DNA of 64,000 nt from Octopus bimaculoides. Taxonomy: Eukaryota. Numbering within the stretch: position 1 is the stretch's first letter; each line of letters begins with the position of its first letter. The position numbers and the translations under genes are program-made. The notes beneath the pieces were generated by a model. That model did no database searches and was not told the origin of the DNA. It worked only from the letters and a program-made list of their open reading frames with translations. Where the stretch lies: the NCBI RefSeq assembly GCF_001194135.2, contig NC_068981.1, positions 142,223,246 through 142,287,245 of the forward strand. Direction: 5' to 3'. Shown piece by piece: positions 51,326-64,000 of the stretch.

Positions 51326-54300
51326 AACAGGTGATGTGGTGGAGTCGGTGGAGATAGGCATGATGTTAATAACCATACTCCTTGCCTGCCCTACAATCTA
51401 CCAAATATGAACACTTGCCCTGACCAATCTCCTCTCCTGTTTTCGGTGATTATGTTGTGACAAATCCCAACTGCTTGCTGGTAACATGAATGTTATTCGA
51501 GTATAACTTCTCAGGGTAATCAGCAAAAAAGAAGAAAGAAAACCTGTTGGTTTTTCCGAGCCTTTTCATTAGCCGCTACACTGTATCTTGAAGAAACGCA
51601 CAGAAGCATATTAATATAATTTATGTATTACATTCAAATTTGCTTACGATCTGTATTTTGTTTTACCTCATGCATTACCCGGTTTTCAAATAATAGTATT
51701 GTCCTCGTGACTGCCAAACAGTCGGGTACGTCACTGTCTATTACTCTTTCAGCAGGTCAACAATGACAGACCGGTAAAATGTGAACTTTTCAATATTCGT
51801 ATATCAAGTATTTCCTATGTAGTTTTCCGTTCGGTAGTTTCATAAGTTTGTGAAAATACATTCGCCCGGTACTTACTTTGTAGCCCCACTTTGCATCTTG
51901 GTTGTGTTGTCGGTTTACATTCCTGTTCCATCGCCAAAATATTCATCCAAAGGAAGGGATCTCACAGCCTTGAAGGTACTGTCTTTCATACCGAAATATA
52001 CCACTTGTGCCAATATATGTGCATGTACGTACGTATATATGAATATGCAGATGTAGCAAATCTGAAGCTTTTACACACAGGAAAATATGATGGCATAATG
52101 AAGCATGCATGTGAAATAGTTGGTAAAATGTACAGTATAATAAAGACAAAGGGTCTTTATTCTGAAATATGCCAATTAACACAGAAAGATTAAGATGAAT
52201 ATTCCAGTAAGTACTGTGAAACAACTTCCTAATACACATAATTTTATAATTTAGAGCGAGCAGCTGTGGATTTAAGGCAGCGCGTATATTCATTAACGAA
52301 AATCGTCCAGCTTTCTCACCAATAAGGAAATATCTTTATAAATAAATAAAACTAGTATCTTATCTACTAATATTTATTGGACACCAGTAAATCTTTTTAC
52401 TTCCTTGTCCAGTCGTTCTTGAAATATGTCATAAGGGCTTGCATGGATAAAAAAGTATGTGTGTGCGTCTAGGCAACACAGTTCTTCTTTCATATCACCT
52501 TCAATCAGAGGAAATTTTTGTCACAGGTGAAGGTGAAAGGATGAACGTAATGACGAATTTGGTTAACATGTGATAACATGTGTTCAGTGTGATTCTACCA
52601 GTAATTCATTTTACTATTATGTTTATTCCGAAAACTTGTCACAGACACAGTTGTGGCACAATGTTTCTCATATTGATCTGTCACTGTTCTTAGATTCCAC
52701 AAACATTATTTCTTAGGCTATACCCTCAAATGGAATCTCAGTCCTGCCTACATGTACATAGGGACGAACGCAACATCTCTGTTGTACGTGTGATTTGTAA
52801 GTAATATTTTTCACATGTTTTTCATTATAACATATAATCCCTAAAGCACAATTCTGACATGAAACTCTAGTCATCTGCTCAGAGAACGGCTTCCAGATTT
52901 TTGGTCTACGCCTTTGTATGCAACAGATCTTCCAACATTATTAACTTCTTTCTCTTGCCGATCTAATATATTAGATATATGTTTTAAGAAACATTGTCTT
53001 GGATCTGACAGACTCTTAAACACCAAAACTGAAAATGTGAGCAAATGATTTGGATATTATTTTTCCTTTCTGCTGTGTTAGTACTGATATTTCTGATCAT
53101 GATTTTGTAGTTGGTGTTTGTAGTGTTTTTATATTTATGTTGGTGATTGTCGTAGCATTTCTGGAGCCAGATATAGAGATAAAGGAAAACTTGAAATATA
53201 TTACTTCGTATTTTCGACGGTTCAGTGTCCGTCAGACATGTTGACGGAACCATGTCCGACGAGTATTTGAGGTTGCTGACAAACATTTCATTGTAAAAAT
53301 AATGTAATCCTATACCTAAATGTCTCGAGTAATCAAGCAAATGATGTGCGACAGTTTTAGCATATAAATGTATGTCAGAGAAACAAGTATTTACCCACCA
53401 GCCTCTCCCTTTCTCTCTCTCAGTATATATGTGTGTGTGAGTGTGCCATGTGTGTCGTGTGTATGTGTGTGCTGCGTGTGTCATGTGTATGTGATGTGCG
53501 TATGTATGAGTGTGTAAAGGTGAGTGTGTGTGTGTGCGTGTAAACATCATAGCCTTATATCTATTTGCGGTTGTGTGGTGAGTGGGTGTAGAAAAATCGA
53601 TTCTTCACTTCTGAAAATTCTTCGAAGTATTTAGTTATGATAGAGTTATGTTAAAGACAACTTGCTTTTTCGTCATTAACGAGATCGAGGATATATACCA
53701 AATGAATTACACTTGTCGTTATCATCGACTAAAATAAATATCCTCGTATAAGGTGCTACAGCATGGCCGCAATTCGCTAGCGAAACCCGTTAAATAAAGT
53801 AATGGAAGTAGAAATGATTGTGATGCGTGATTCGTAGGAGAGAAATGACTTTTCTGCTATATTTCGAAGTGCAGAATCTTTTTTCTCTTACTTCTGTCTG
53901 ATACTCTACGATCACAAATGCAATTATTCTCCATAGAAGGGCCAAACGATACGGGTAAATATCATTAAGGAAAACGAACATCAGTTAACAATTCAACATT
54001 AAATTAATGTGCAATGACCATGTAAATATCTGAAGACGGACACTTCTTGTAAGGAGAAAGTTTAGTTCGCGTTTTGCCGCTGGTGTATATCTGTATCCTT
54101 CAAGAAACCAGTTAACACTACTGCTCACTTCTCTTGCTTTGTTTATAATTAATTACCTTAGTTGACCATCTGGAAAAGTGACCTGTAATAGAACTGACGA
54201 TCTAAAGGCCGAATTCTTTTCTCTCATCTACTTAACCTACAGATTTTCGGACAAGAAGTATTATATGGCAATGATTTGCATGCCACAAGGCATCACCATA

Positions 54301-55107
54301 ATACGCTATCAAATGACAATATTCATTTTCTAAGATTGTGGTATGCAATGAAATAACAAGAGGCTCGTTGTAGCTTCCCTTTGTCTTTCATTTTCTAATA
54401 AAAACTGAGATTTGGGATTGAAACTGCAGTTGACCATGCCCGTTTGCAAGCATAATTGAATATGCGCTTTTTTATCATTATAAACGAACCAAGATTGCTG
54501 AGATACGCAATTACCAACAAATAGTATATTTGTTTGCTCTCTTTTTATTATTTTTTTATCTAAATAAAGGACGACAAACTAGACAGATACACCCAATAAA
54601 AAGTTAGCTTGTGATAACCAATATGATATTGAAAGTATTTTCAGTGTAGTTTCCTACGGTGAGTATAACGAGGGTTCAGTAAAAATTGTAGGAATTTAAT
54701 AAGATATTATTTGTTGTAGATTGATTGATTAGTCTGATGGAAAATGGAACTTGCTAAAGTGTTGAAAATTTAAAAGATCAACATAACAATCTAGTAAAAT
54801 GAAAGTACGAAAGGAAATAAAATAATGTAAAACGAAAAAAAAAAAAATACGTTCCTTTAAAACCATTTGAAATGACTTATTGGTTTTGACAAACATTTAC
54901 CTGATAAAAGAATGGAGAAACAGCATTTTCACTTTGGTTCCCACCTGGAGTTCTTTTGATGCTGATTAGCTTTGATTTAAAATTCTCCAAAAGTAAATAT
55001 AATGGAGAAATGTAATGAAAAACAAAAAAACAAATTCGTTTGCATATACTTTTATCAAAACAAAGCACGTTTCATTCTTCTCCTTCCAGTCTTTATTTGT
55101 ATTAGTT

Positions 55108-55179
<72 letters not shown>

Positions 55180-56179
55180 GTGTTTATCTAACTCCCTATC
55201 GGTTTCTCCCTCTCATTCCTTCCCTCCCTCTCTTTCTTTTTATATATCAAACAAATATATATATANNNNNNNNNNNNNNNNNNNNNNNNNNNNNNNNNNN
55301 NNNNNNNNNNNNNNNNNNNNNNNNNNNNNNNNNNNNNNNNNNNNNNNNNNNNNNNNNNNNNNNNNNNNNNNNNNNNNNNNNNNNNNNNNNNNNNNNNNNN
55401 NNNNNNNNNNNNNNNNNNNNNNNNNNNNNNNNNNNNNNNNNNNNNNNNNNNNNNNNNNNNNNNNNNNNNNNNNNNNNNNNNNNNNNNNNNNNNNNNNNNN
55501 NNNNNNNNNNNNNNNNNNNNNNNNNNNNNNNNNNNNNNNNNNNNNNNNNNNNNNNNNNNNNNNNNNNNNNNNNNNNNNNNNNNNNNNNNNNNNNNNNNNN
55601 NNNNNNNNNNNNNNNNNNNNNNNNNNNNNNNNNNNNNNNNNNNNNNNNNNNNNNNNNNNNNNNNNNNNNNNNNNNNNNNNNNNNNNNNNNNNNNNNNNNN
55701 NNNNNNNNNNNNNNNNNNNNNNNNNNNNNNNNNNNNNNNNNNNNNNNNNNNNNNNNNNNNNNNNNNNNNNNNNNNNNNNNNNNNNNNNNNNNNNNNNNNN
55801 NNNNNNNNNNNNNNNNNNNNNNNNNNNNNNNNNATATATATATATATATATATACACCTCCAAGTCAATCACTAGCATTCGTACACTTAATTATTACGAA
55901 CATGCTTAGGAGATACAGATAGACATTAATACATTCTACAGATACGTTTGTGCAATACACACAACATCGCAATATGAAGCTCACCTCCAAAAACACACGT
56001 ATATCAAAGTTAACAATATCACATATATGCAATGAAGAATTAAAACACACGCACGTATTAGAAAATACCATATATGCACAAAATACCTCGCATACACAAA
56101 CGTATTCACAAAGTACCTACTCACAAACCAGCATACAGGCACATACATATACACATACACACGAATCGTTACTCATAGT

Positions 56180-56587
56180 CTTTTATTGTTATTCTTTTAC
56201 TTGTTTCATTTAACTGCCACCATGCTGGTGCATCGCTTTAAATGGTTTTAGTCAAAGAAATCGATCCCAGAACGTATCCTTTGTAATCCTAGTACTTATT
56301 CTAACGCCTTTTTGTCGAACCGCCAGTTTGCGGGGACGCAAACACACCAGCATTGGTTGCCAAGCGATGGGGATGGGGAGACGAACACATTCACACACAA
56401 ATACACACACACATACATACATACGACAGGCTTCTTTTAGTATTCGTCTACCAATTCCACTCAAAAGGCTTTGGTTGACCCGTGGCTATAGTAGAAAACG
56501 CTTGCCCAAGATGCCATGCAGCTGGACTGAACCCGGAACCATGTGGCTGCGAAGCAAGCTTCTTACCACACAGCCACGCCTGAACCT
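56180..56587 (-). mobile_element. SINE family B
   Basis: Reverse complement of the full family B consensus, including the internal (CA)/(CATA) tract. Confidence 0.88.
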
Positions 56588-56904
56588 ATATATCCGTACA
56601 AAGTGTGCAGCCTGGTTATCAGCAAAGAAAAAATAAGTCTGTATACGTACCATCGAACGGACACATAAAACCACAACTTCCAGAAATTTCTATCCTATGG
56701 TCATTCGAACATGCTTTTTTTTTTATTCCTTTATTTTTTTCTTATTCCAAAGGTTTTTTTTTAATTGTTTTCCCATGCACTTACGTTCTGATGGATATAT
56801 TTGATGGAAACTTCTACATCATTTGCATTGCTCTAGAGTCAATCTAATAATTACATTTCGTTTCTACTTTGAAGTCTGAGTTGTCATTTTTCATTAGTTT
56901 TACT

Positions 56905-56950
<46 letters not shown>

Positions 56951-57276
56951 TATGTGCATGTGTGCATGTGTATATATTCATGTATGTATGTATGTATGTA
57001 TGTATGAGAGTGAGTGTACGGAGTGACATGACAGGTAGGTGTAATCATGTCTATAGATAGTGTGAACAAATGTGATTCATCAGAAAATACACAGTGATAG
57101 CTGTGAACAGGCGTTCTTTGAAGTCGGTTCAACAGAGGTTAGAACACGTGGTTGAGCCCAACGGTTTTTGCTGTGAATTCATCCTCATCAGAAAATGGCT
57201 GAAAGAAAGATAATTATTGACTTTTACTTTCGCTTATTGTAAGGGACAAGAGGATGACTGATCTTCTGCTAATATT

Positions 57277-57450
57277 CTTTCTGCGTTAGGCACAACGCCC
57301 GAAATTTGGGGGAGGTGCCAGTCGATTATATCGACCCTAGTATGCAACAGGTACTTAATTTATCAACCTCGAAACGATGAAAACCAAAGTCGAACTCGAC
57401 GGAATTTGAACTAAGAATTTTGTTCAGCGTTCCTGCCAGCTCACCGCTTT
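57277..57450 (-). mobile_element. SINE family A with internal deletion and 17-bp TSD
   Basis: TSD gatctt(c/t)tgctaatatt at 57260-57276 and 57451-57467. Confidence 0.85.
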
Positions 57451-57565
57451 GATCTTTTGCTAATATTGATGCCCTTATTGCAATATGTGAAAAATCAACT
57501 ATCAATGGTGGCTTTCAGTAAGCATTCGGCGATTGTCTATTGTTTGTTTTTTGCTGTCTGTTATA

Positions 57566-57702
57566 TTTTACTTCTTTCAGTTATTTGACTGCGGCCATGC
57601 TGGGGAACCACCTTGAAGGGCATTTTCGTCGAACAAATCGACCCCAGGTGGACAAACACAGACACACACATATATATTTACGACTTCCGTCTGCCATATC
57701 CA

Positions 57703-57706
<4 letters not shown>
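57566..57706 (-). mobile_element. SINE family B, internally deleted fragment
   Basis: ttatttgactgcggccatgctgg..aaatcgacccca. Confidence 0.65.
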
Positions 57707-57735
<29 letters not shown>

Positions 57736-58639
57736 NNNNNNNNNNNNNNNNNNNNNNNNNNNNNNNNNNNNNNNNNNNNNNNNNNNNNNNNNNNNNNNNN
57801 NNNNNNNNNNNNNNNNNNNNNNNNNNNNNNNNNNNNNNNNNNNNNNNNNNNNNNNNNNNNNNNNNNNNNNNNNNNNNNNNNNNNTATATATATATATATA
57901 TATATTAAAACGCATAATTATTAAGAGTAATCTTAAATATTGATTTCCTTTATTGATCACATGAGCCCGTAATCAGTAAAAATTGTGAATCGCCATTCTC
58001 ATGTTATTGTTTTCATTTTATTAATCCTAAGTGGGAGTTCTACATGGACACTCATACACTGAGTTAGGCTAGGATAAAATTAACACGTAGCAGCCGACCA
58101 GATGCATAGGAGCTTTTAAACACACGCATGCACATGCGCACACCCACTTAGACACACAGACACACACAGACACATATACACTACAAATATTTTACACGCT
58201 TATATATGTATTGTTTTGAGAGTAAGCTCGTGCCAGAAAGTGTGCGTGAGTGTACGGGTGAGTATGTGCTAAATTGTACGCGCTTTCGTTTATAAGCGCC
58301 GTTTTTGTATTTGATTTCTAATATTGTTAATGTGGAAACATGTGGTGAAAGAGATACCGTTGTATTTTAGGAGGGTCATTTTCTCAAAATATACATTATG
58401 TTAGTTCACTTCATATTTTACAGTCAGCTCATTGACTATTTAAGTAGTGAGTGATTTGATTAATCATTTAGTTCATCAAATTTGTTTGTCCTAAACTGCT
58501 GTTCTGCTATTTTTACGAACTAATTTTCCTATCGTTTTGCTACGGTAATAAACGTTCGTGGTATTTATATTACATGAGTGAGCACATTCCTCCCCCTGTG
58601 TGTGGCCTTGACGTGGCGGGGAGCCTTGCGTACTCTTAT

Positions 58640-59423
58640 GATCCCTAGTGTCAAGAAAACGGCACAAGCGAGAGCGGAGGTGTAATGGTGTGGGCTGTGT
58701 TCAGCAGCTTAGGTGTTGGTCCACTTGTTAAGGTTTGATAGCAGACTGAACACTGTAGGCTATTTCTAATTAGGAAATGGAAAATTGCTGCCTTATTTAA
58801 ATAATCAGATGCCACTGGGATCTATCTTTCAGCTGGACATTTGCCTTGTCCAATAAAACTCGGGGAGTTTTGCAATATTTTGAGCGCAATAATATGGAAG
58901 TTATTAAGTGGCCTCCGCAGAACTCGGATTTGCATCTAATAGAAAATTTATGAAATTATGCTTCTAAAAAGTTCAGGCTAAAAAAAAACACCCAACTAAT
59001 TTGTCCCAATTATATAATTTTATTGAAGAAATTTGTCAGAACATTCCAAGTGATTTTTGTGCTCATATGTTGAACACCATGTCCCGCCGTTGAGAGACCG
59101 TAATTGAAAATAATAGCTAAGAAACCAGAGACTAATAATAAATTATTGTTCGTTGATCATTTGTCGCATAAATTTTCAATTTAAACAAAATAATGTTAGT
59201 ATGGTCTTAAACATATTGTGCCGACAATTTTTAATCATTTGAATTAATTTTATATTAAAATTATACAAATCGCAGAAAGATGTATAACGCTTGTATCATT
59301 CGAAACGGAAAAAACATTCTCCATAAGCTGTAAAAAGTAAAATAATTTTACAGTTTGTTAAATAGAAATTAATGAAGGAATAGAAAATTGTCATCGTCGG
59401 TCTTAAACATATTTTGGCCAGTG
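58640..59423 (+). mobile_element. 5'-truncated, degraded Tc1-family (DD34E) transposon with right terminal repeat
   Basis: Remnant peptides GGVMVWAVFSSLGVGPLV, FQLD, KWPPQNSDLHLIENL (cf. WPPQSPDLNPIENLW), IPSDFCAHMLNTMSRR; ends ttttggccagtg|TA. Confidence 0.75.
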
Positions 59424-60529
59424 TACATATAGATATATACACGCAGATGCATAAATACAAGCATATGCACAACTGGATATCATTATACATATCTAGATCT
59501 CGTTATACACAACTGGATCTTATGCAAATAAACAGTTGTATAATCAAACACCTTTGTTTTTGGTGAACCATGCTGGGTGGAAACAATTGTAGTGATTAAA
59601 AACTAACTGTCCAACTGTACTCCTTGTTCACTCAAATTTCTTCAATTTTACGCACACACATACATATATTTGAGTATATGATTATCAGTATTTTCTAACA
59701 GAAATATACTTCAGCTTTCGCACCATTGCTAGTGAACACTACATGCATTTCGATTTAATAAGGATGGCACAAGAACTAACAATCGAAGTAATACAGCCGT
59801 TTATATCAACTATATGCTCTTAAAGGTAGTGCACCAGCATACTATTAGTGTAGTCACCGAGACCAGTAAACTAAATAAAAAAAGTACAGTGGAATAAATG
59901 ATACGACCGTATAAATAATTACAGAAGCAATAATAGAGGAAACCGTCAGCGAAATGCATCAATAACATTGTGAAGTACCATTGAAGATTAAAAGAATAAA
60001 ATAACATAATGAAATGACAACATTTTATACACAGCGATGACAAGAAAGGCAACAAAAAGCAAATCATTCTGAAAATATGACAATTCTCATTATTAGAAAA
60101 ACTTTACTTCAAACTCAATGTTTAACGAGGCTATGCAGATAGGCGCAGCTGGTTTTTGTATGAATTTAATTAAAGTCATATCGGTAGCGTTTTCTAGTTA
60201 CTGTCAAGCAAATGATGTAGAGCATTCTCTGCGGGTGTTAGTTTGTATAATGTTGAATTTAATTAGAAACCATCAAAACTATCGCATACGGAATATCTGA
60301 CTCTCTGTCTATCTGTGTCTCTATGTCTCTGGCTGTCACTGTCTATCTTATTACATAAGGAAACTTATACATAAGGAAACCCACATGCATAATACATACA
60401 TACATACATACATACATACATACATAAATACATGCATGCATGCATACATAAGTGTGTCTGTGTATATGCATGTACACACATGTATATATATATATATATG
60501 CGTGTATGCATGAGTGAGTGGACAAACGA

Positions 60530-60830
60530 AAGATTGTAGTAGTCAAAAAATTCGGCTGAACACGTACACAATTACAACTTTACTCTGTCATACGTAACAT
60601 ATACTTTAAGAGAATCTGTATGTGTATATATATACACACACATACATACCACTATTTGACAACCAACGCTAGCTTGTTTACGTATCCGTAACTTAGCTGT
60701 GAGGCAAAAGAGAACGATGGCACAAATATTAGGCTTAACAAGTACTGGTATCAAATTGTCAGACTGAAACGTTCAAGGTGGTACACAAGCATGGCGGCAG
60801 TCAGATGACTAGCAGAAGTAACAGAAAATA
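60530..60830 (+). mobile_element. Old SINE family B remnant
   Basis: ttgacaaccaacgct..tttacgtatccgtaacttagc..ggcaaaagagaacgat..agcatggcggcagtcagatgact. Confidence 0.55.
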
Positions 60831-60899
60831 CATATATAAAGAAAGTGCTACTGGATACACCGGTATCTCAGAATCCCTTGCACCAATAATACGAGTTTG

Positions 60900-61620
60900 T
60901 TCTGAACCCCAGATAGTGAGTACGGTTTTTTCCAGTGACGGCTCCTCTGGGAAGGATTGAAATCTGGAGATGTCATATTAATGCAGAAGCACCTTCAATC
61001 CCACCATGTAATCCGGCCTCCTGCCTTCCATTTCTCGTAAATGGGGTCTTGATATATTCAAACCTCTCTAATTGTCTCAATGATGTTCCGCTAACATTCA
61101 AAATACACTTAGAAGACTTTCGTAAGAGGACCAACGTCATAATATTCACAAAACTAATTCTCATCCCTTCCTTGAAGCACTTGGCCGCGAACACATTCAG
61201 CGCATGCTGCAGATCACTTTCTGATTATCCATGTAGCTCAATGTAATGCAAACATCAGCCGACCGATCCTACACCTATCAATTGTGGTATGACATCCACA
61301 GGAGCTGCGCATGTCAATCCATTTCCAATATTATGAACTAGTAATAGAAGCACTCCTATCAAGGATGTTGTTCTTAAATGTATGGACCCGATCTTAGCAG
61401 CAGTAACGAAAACATCTACTCCACTTCGGTCGTCTGGATGCCAGTTTGATGGGAATGAGGGCCTAACATTTCACAGTCCTTCGCAAAAGGCCCGTAAATA
61501 ATAATTTTAACAATCACTCTGTCCTCCAATTTAACATTGTGTAGTAGCCACCAAAATTGCCGCATTATAAGGAGAGCATCGAAGTTCCTCAAAATACAAG
61601 GATGCAACAACTGACAAATG
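60900..61620 (-). mobile_element. Degraded RTE-clade LINE reverse transcriptase fragment
   Basis: Minus strand SDLQHALNVFAAKCFKEGMRIS..LVLLRKSSKCILNVSGTSLRQLERFEY..FTRNGRQE resembles the region after YADD in RTE RTs. Confidence 0.6.
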
Positions 61621-62017
61621 TTAATTTGGCATTTGAATTATGCCTCAACAAATTGCAATCGATAACCAAATCACTGTAAACTTGTTCGGTAGTAGAACAT
61701 GAATAATTTGAAAGTTTAATAAAAATTATATTTACACAAATCAGCATTCTCTGAAGAACTGCTAAGTTGAGTGTTACTTTGCCTATAGTTTGGAGGGTTT
61801 ACTTTTCATTACAATCGCTATCTAAGAATTAATCGAACAACTTAACAAATATATCAAACTATTATCTGTTACTGTAATATTAAAATGAAAGAACTGGTTA
61901 CTTAATCCCAATAGAATTCCTTGGGCACGTTTCCTGATTGTCCTAAATTATACATATATATATAAATATCTTCTATTTACCTAATATCGAGGTCTCATTC
62001 TGTTGTTGTCAATTTTT

Positions 62018-62042
62018 ATCATCATCATCATCATCATGATTA

Positions 62043-62077
<35 letters not shown>

Positions 62078-62078
62078 T
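62018..62078. repeat. (ATC)n(ATT)n compound triplet repeat
   Basis: Direct reading. Confidence 0.9.
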
Positions 62079-63025
62079 TATGTTTGACTTTTGTTTTGCA
62101 TTTGTACAAGTTGGATCCAAGTCTCACCCAGAGACCTCAAGAGACAACAAGTTAGAAGTTCATGTAGGTGTTATGCCTAGGGTACCATATATTTGGATTT
62201 GTACAGTTTTGTTCAAGTGAATGTTTAAGAAACCATAAGAACATTNNNNNNNNNNNNNNNNNNNNNNNNNNNNNNNNNNNNNNNNNNNNNNNNNNNNNNN
62301 NNNNNNNNNNNNNNNNNNNNNNNNNNNNNNNNNNNNNNNNNNNNNNNNNNNNNNNNNNNNNNNNNNNNNNNNNNNNNNNNNNNNNNNNNNNNNNNNNNNN
62401 NNNNNNNNNNNNNNNNNNNNNNNNNNNNNNNNNNNNNNNNNNNNNNNNNNNNNNNNNNNNNNNNNNNNNNNNNNNNNNNNNNNNNNNNNNNNNNNNNNNN
62501 NNNNNNNNNNNNNNNNNNNNNNNNNNNNNNNNNNNNNNNNNNNNNNNNNNNNNNNNNNNNNNNNNNNNNNNNNNNNNNNNNNNNNNNNNNNNNNNNNNNN
62601 NNNNNNNNNNNNNNNNNNNNNNNNNNNNNNNNNNNNNNNNNNNNNNNNNNNNNNNNNNNNNNNNNNNNNNNNNNNNNNNNNNNNNNNNNNNNNNNNNNNN
62701 NNNNNNNNNNNNNNNNNNNNNNNNNNNNNNNNNNNNNNNNNNNNNNNNNNNNNNNNNNNNNNNNNNNNNNNNNNNNNNNNNNNNNNNNNNNNNNNNNNNN
62801 NNNNNNNNNNNNNNNNNNNNNNNNNNNNNNNNNNNNNNNNNNNNNNNNNNNNNNNNNNNNNNNNNNNNNNNNNNNNNNNNNNNNNNNNNNNNNNNNNNNN
62901 NNNNNNNNNNNNNNNNNNNNNNNNNNNNNNNNNNNNNNNNNNNNNNNNNNNNNNNNNNNNNNNNNNNNNNNNNNNNNNNNNNNNNNNNNNNNNNNNNNNN
63001 NNNNNNNTATATATATATATATACT

Positions 63026-64000
63026 TTCCTTGAGGAAAACAACTTAGTGAGTGATACCCAGCAAATGTGGACGTAATATACCCTGACTTTGCAAAAGCTT
63101 TTGATAAATTGGATCATGGTATAATATGCCACAAACTGCGTGATCCTGGCATATCTGGAAAACTTGGAGAGTGGTTACATGACTTACTGAATGATAGAAG
63201 TCAAGCAGTAGTAGTCAATGGATGGAGCTATCTGAAGGAAAACCCAAAATAGTGAGTGGCTTACACCCGGTCACTGTCTTGGGACTATTGCTTTTCATAG
63301 TGGCCCTCTCAGATATGCCATCAGTAGCCTGGATAGCTATCCTTACTAGCTATGCATACGATACGAAAGTCTCGCAGAAAATACAGAACCCCAGCGATGT
63401 TGCACACCTGCAGCAGGAGTTGGACGTAATTTACAGATGGGCTGAGGACAATAATATGCAGTTTAATGCTGAAAAATGCCAAACAGTGCGCTACCAGCGT
63501 CCAAAAGTTGAATTTAAAACTTAAAGGGTACACTGGTCCGCAGGGGATTCCAATCCCAGAGCCTAAATCAGCGATGGACCTGGGTATCGATATGAGTGAT
63601 GATACCTCTTTCCAAGTGCACATTACCAGGATGGCCACAAAGTGCAGACTGGCTGGATGGATCCTGAAAACGTTCAGAACCAGAGAGAAGGAAACCATGA
63701 TGGTCCTCTGGAGGATATTCGTCCTCAGCTGCTTAGACTACTGCTCCCAGCTATGGTAACCCAACAGTGTAATATTAACAGTGGACATTGAAGCAATCCA
63801 GTGAAGCTTCACAAAGAACATCGTCTCGTTGCAATAGCTCTACTCCCTGGATCGAAGGCGGGAGAGGTATGCAGTAATGTACGTCTGGAAGATCCCGGAA
63901 GGAATTCTTCTAAATTTTCACATTGAAAGCTACACCAATGCCAAAAAGGGTCGACACTGCACAGTGCCAAAGATCCCAGCAATGCCATCGAGCTTCAGGA
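63026..64000 (+). mobile_element. CR1-clade LINE reverse transcriptase remnant (continues past window end)
   Basis: DVIYPDFAKAFDKLDH..LHDLLNDRSQAVVVNG, VLGLLLF, SYAYDTK (decayed YADD at 63351-62), LQQELDVIYRWAEDNNMQFNAEKC, CLDYCSQLW; frameshifts and stops. Confidence 0.9.

Overview
AT-rich, microsatellite-dense eukaryotic genomic DNA with many N gaps, most of them at microsatellite tracts. The SINE families and repeat style point to an octopus genome; this is an inference and was not database-checked. One clear protein-coding region is present: an intronless ORF (36806-41107, +) for a protostome-type, multiple-cysteine-cluster Toll-like receptor (LRRNT, about 22 LRR, LRRCT, LRRNT, about 5-6 LRR, LRRCT, TM, TIR). 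It has four unusual features: a 246-codon Ser/Pro-rich extension ahead of the signal-like segment, a possible alternative splice acceptor that would remove that extension, a divergent TIR (BB-loop and alphaC), and a C-terminal SGYEEI tyrosine motif. Two long inverted repeats lie 1.7-3.5 kb upstream of the coding exon. The rest is transposon debris (three tRNA-derived SINE families; maT/DD37D-like and Tc1 remnants; a Tc1/mariner MITE; CR1, RTE and R4/Dong-like LINE remnants) and simple repeats. One 30-nt minus-strand micro-exon candidate sits near 1.1 kb. No prokaryotic features, rRNA, intact tRNA or CRISPR were seen.
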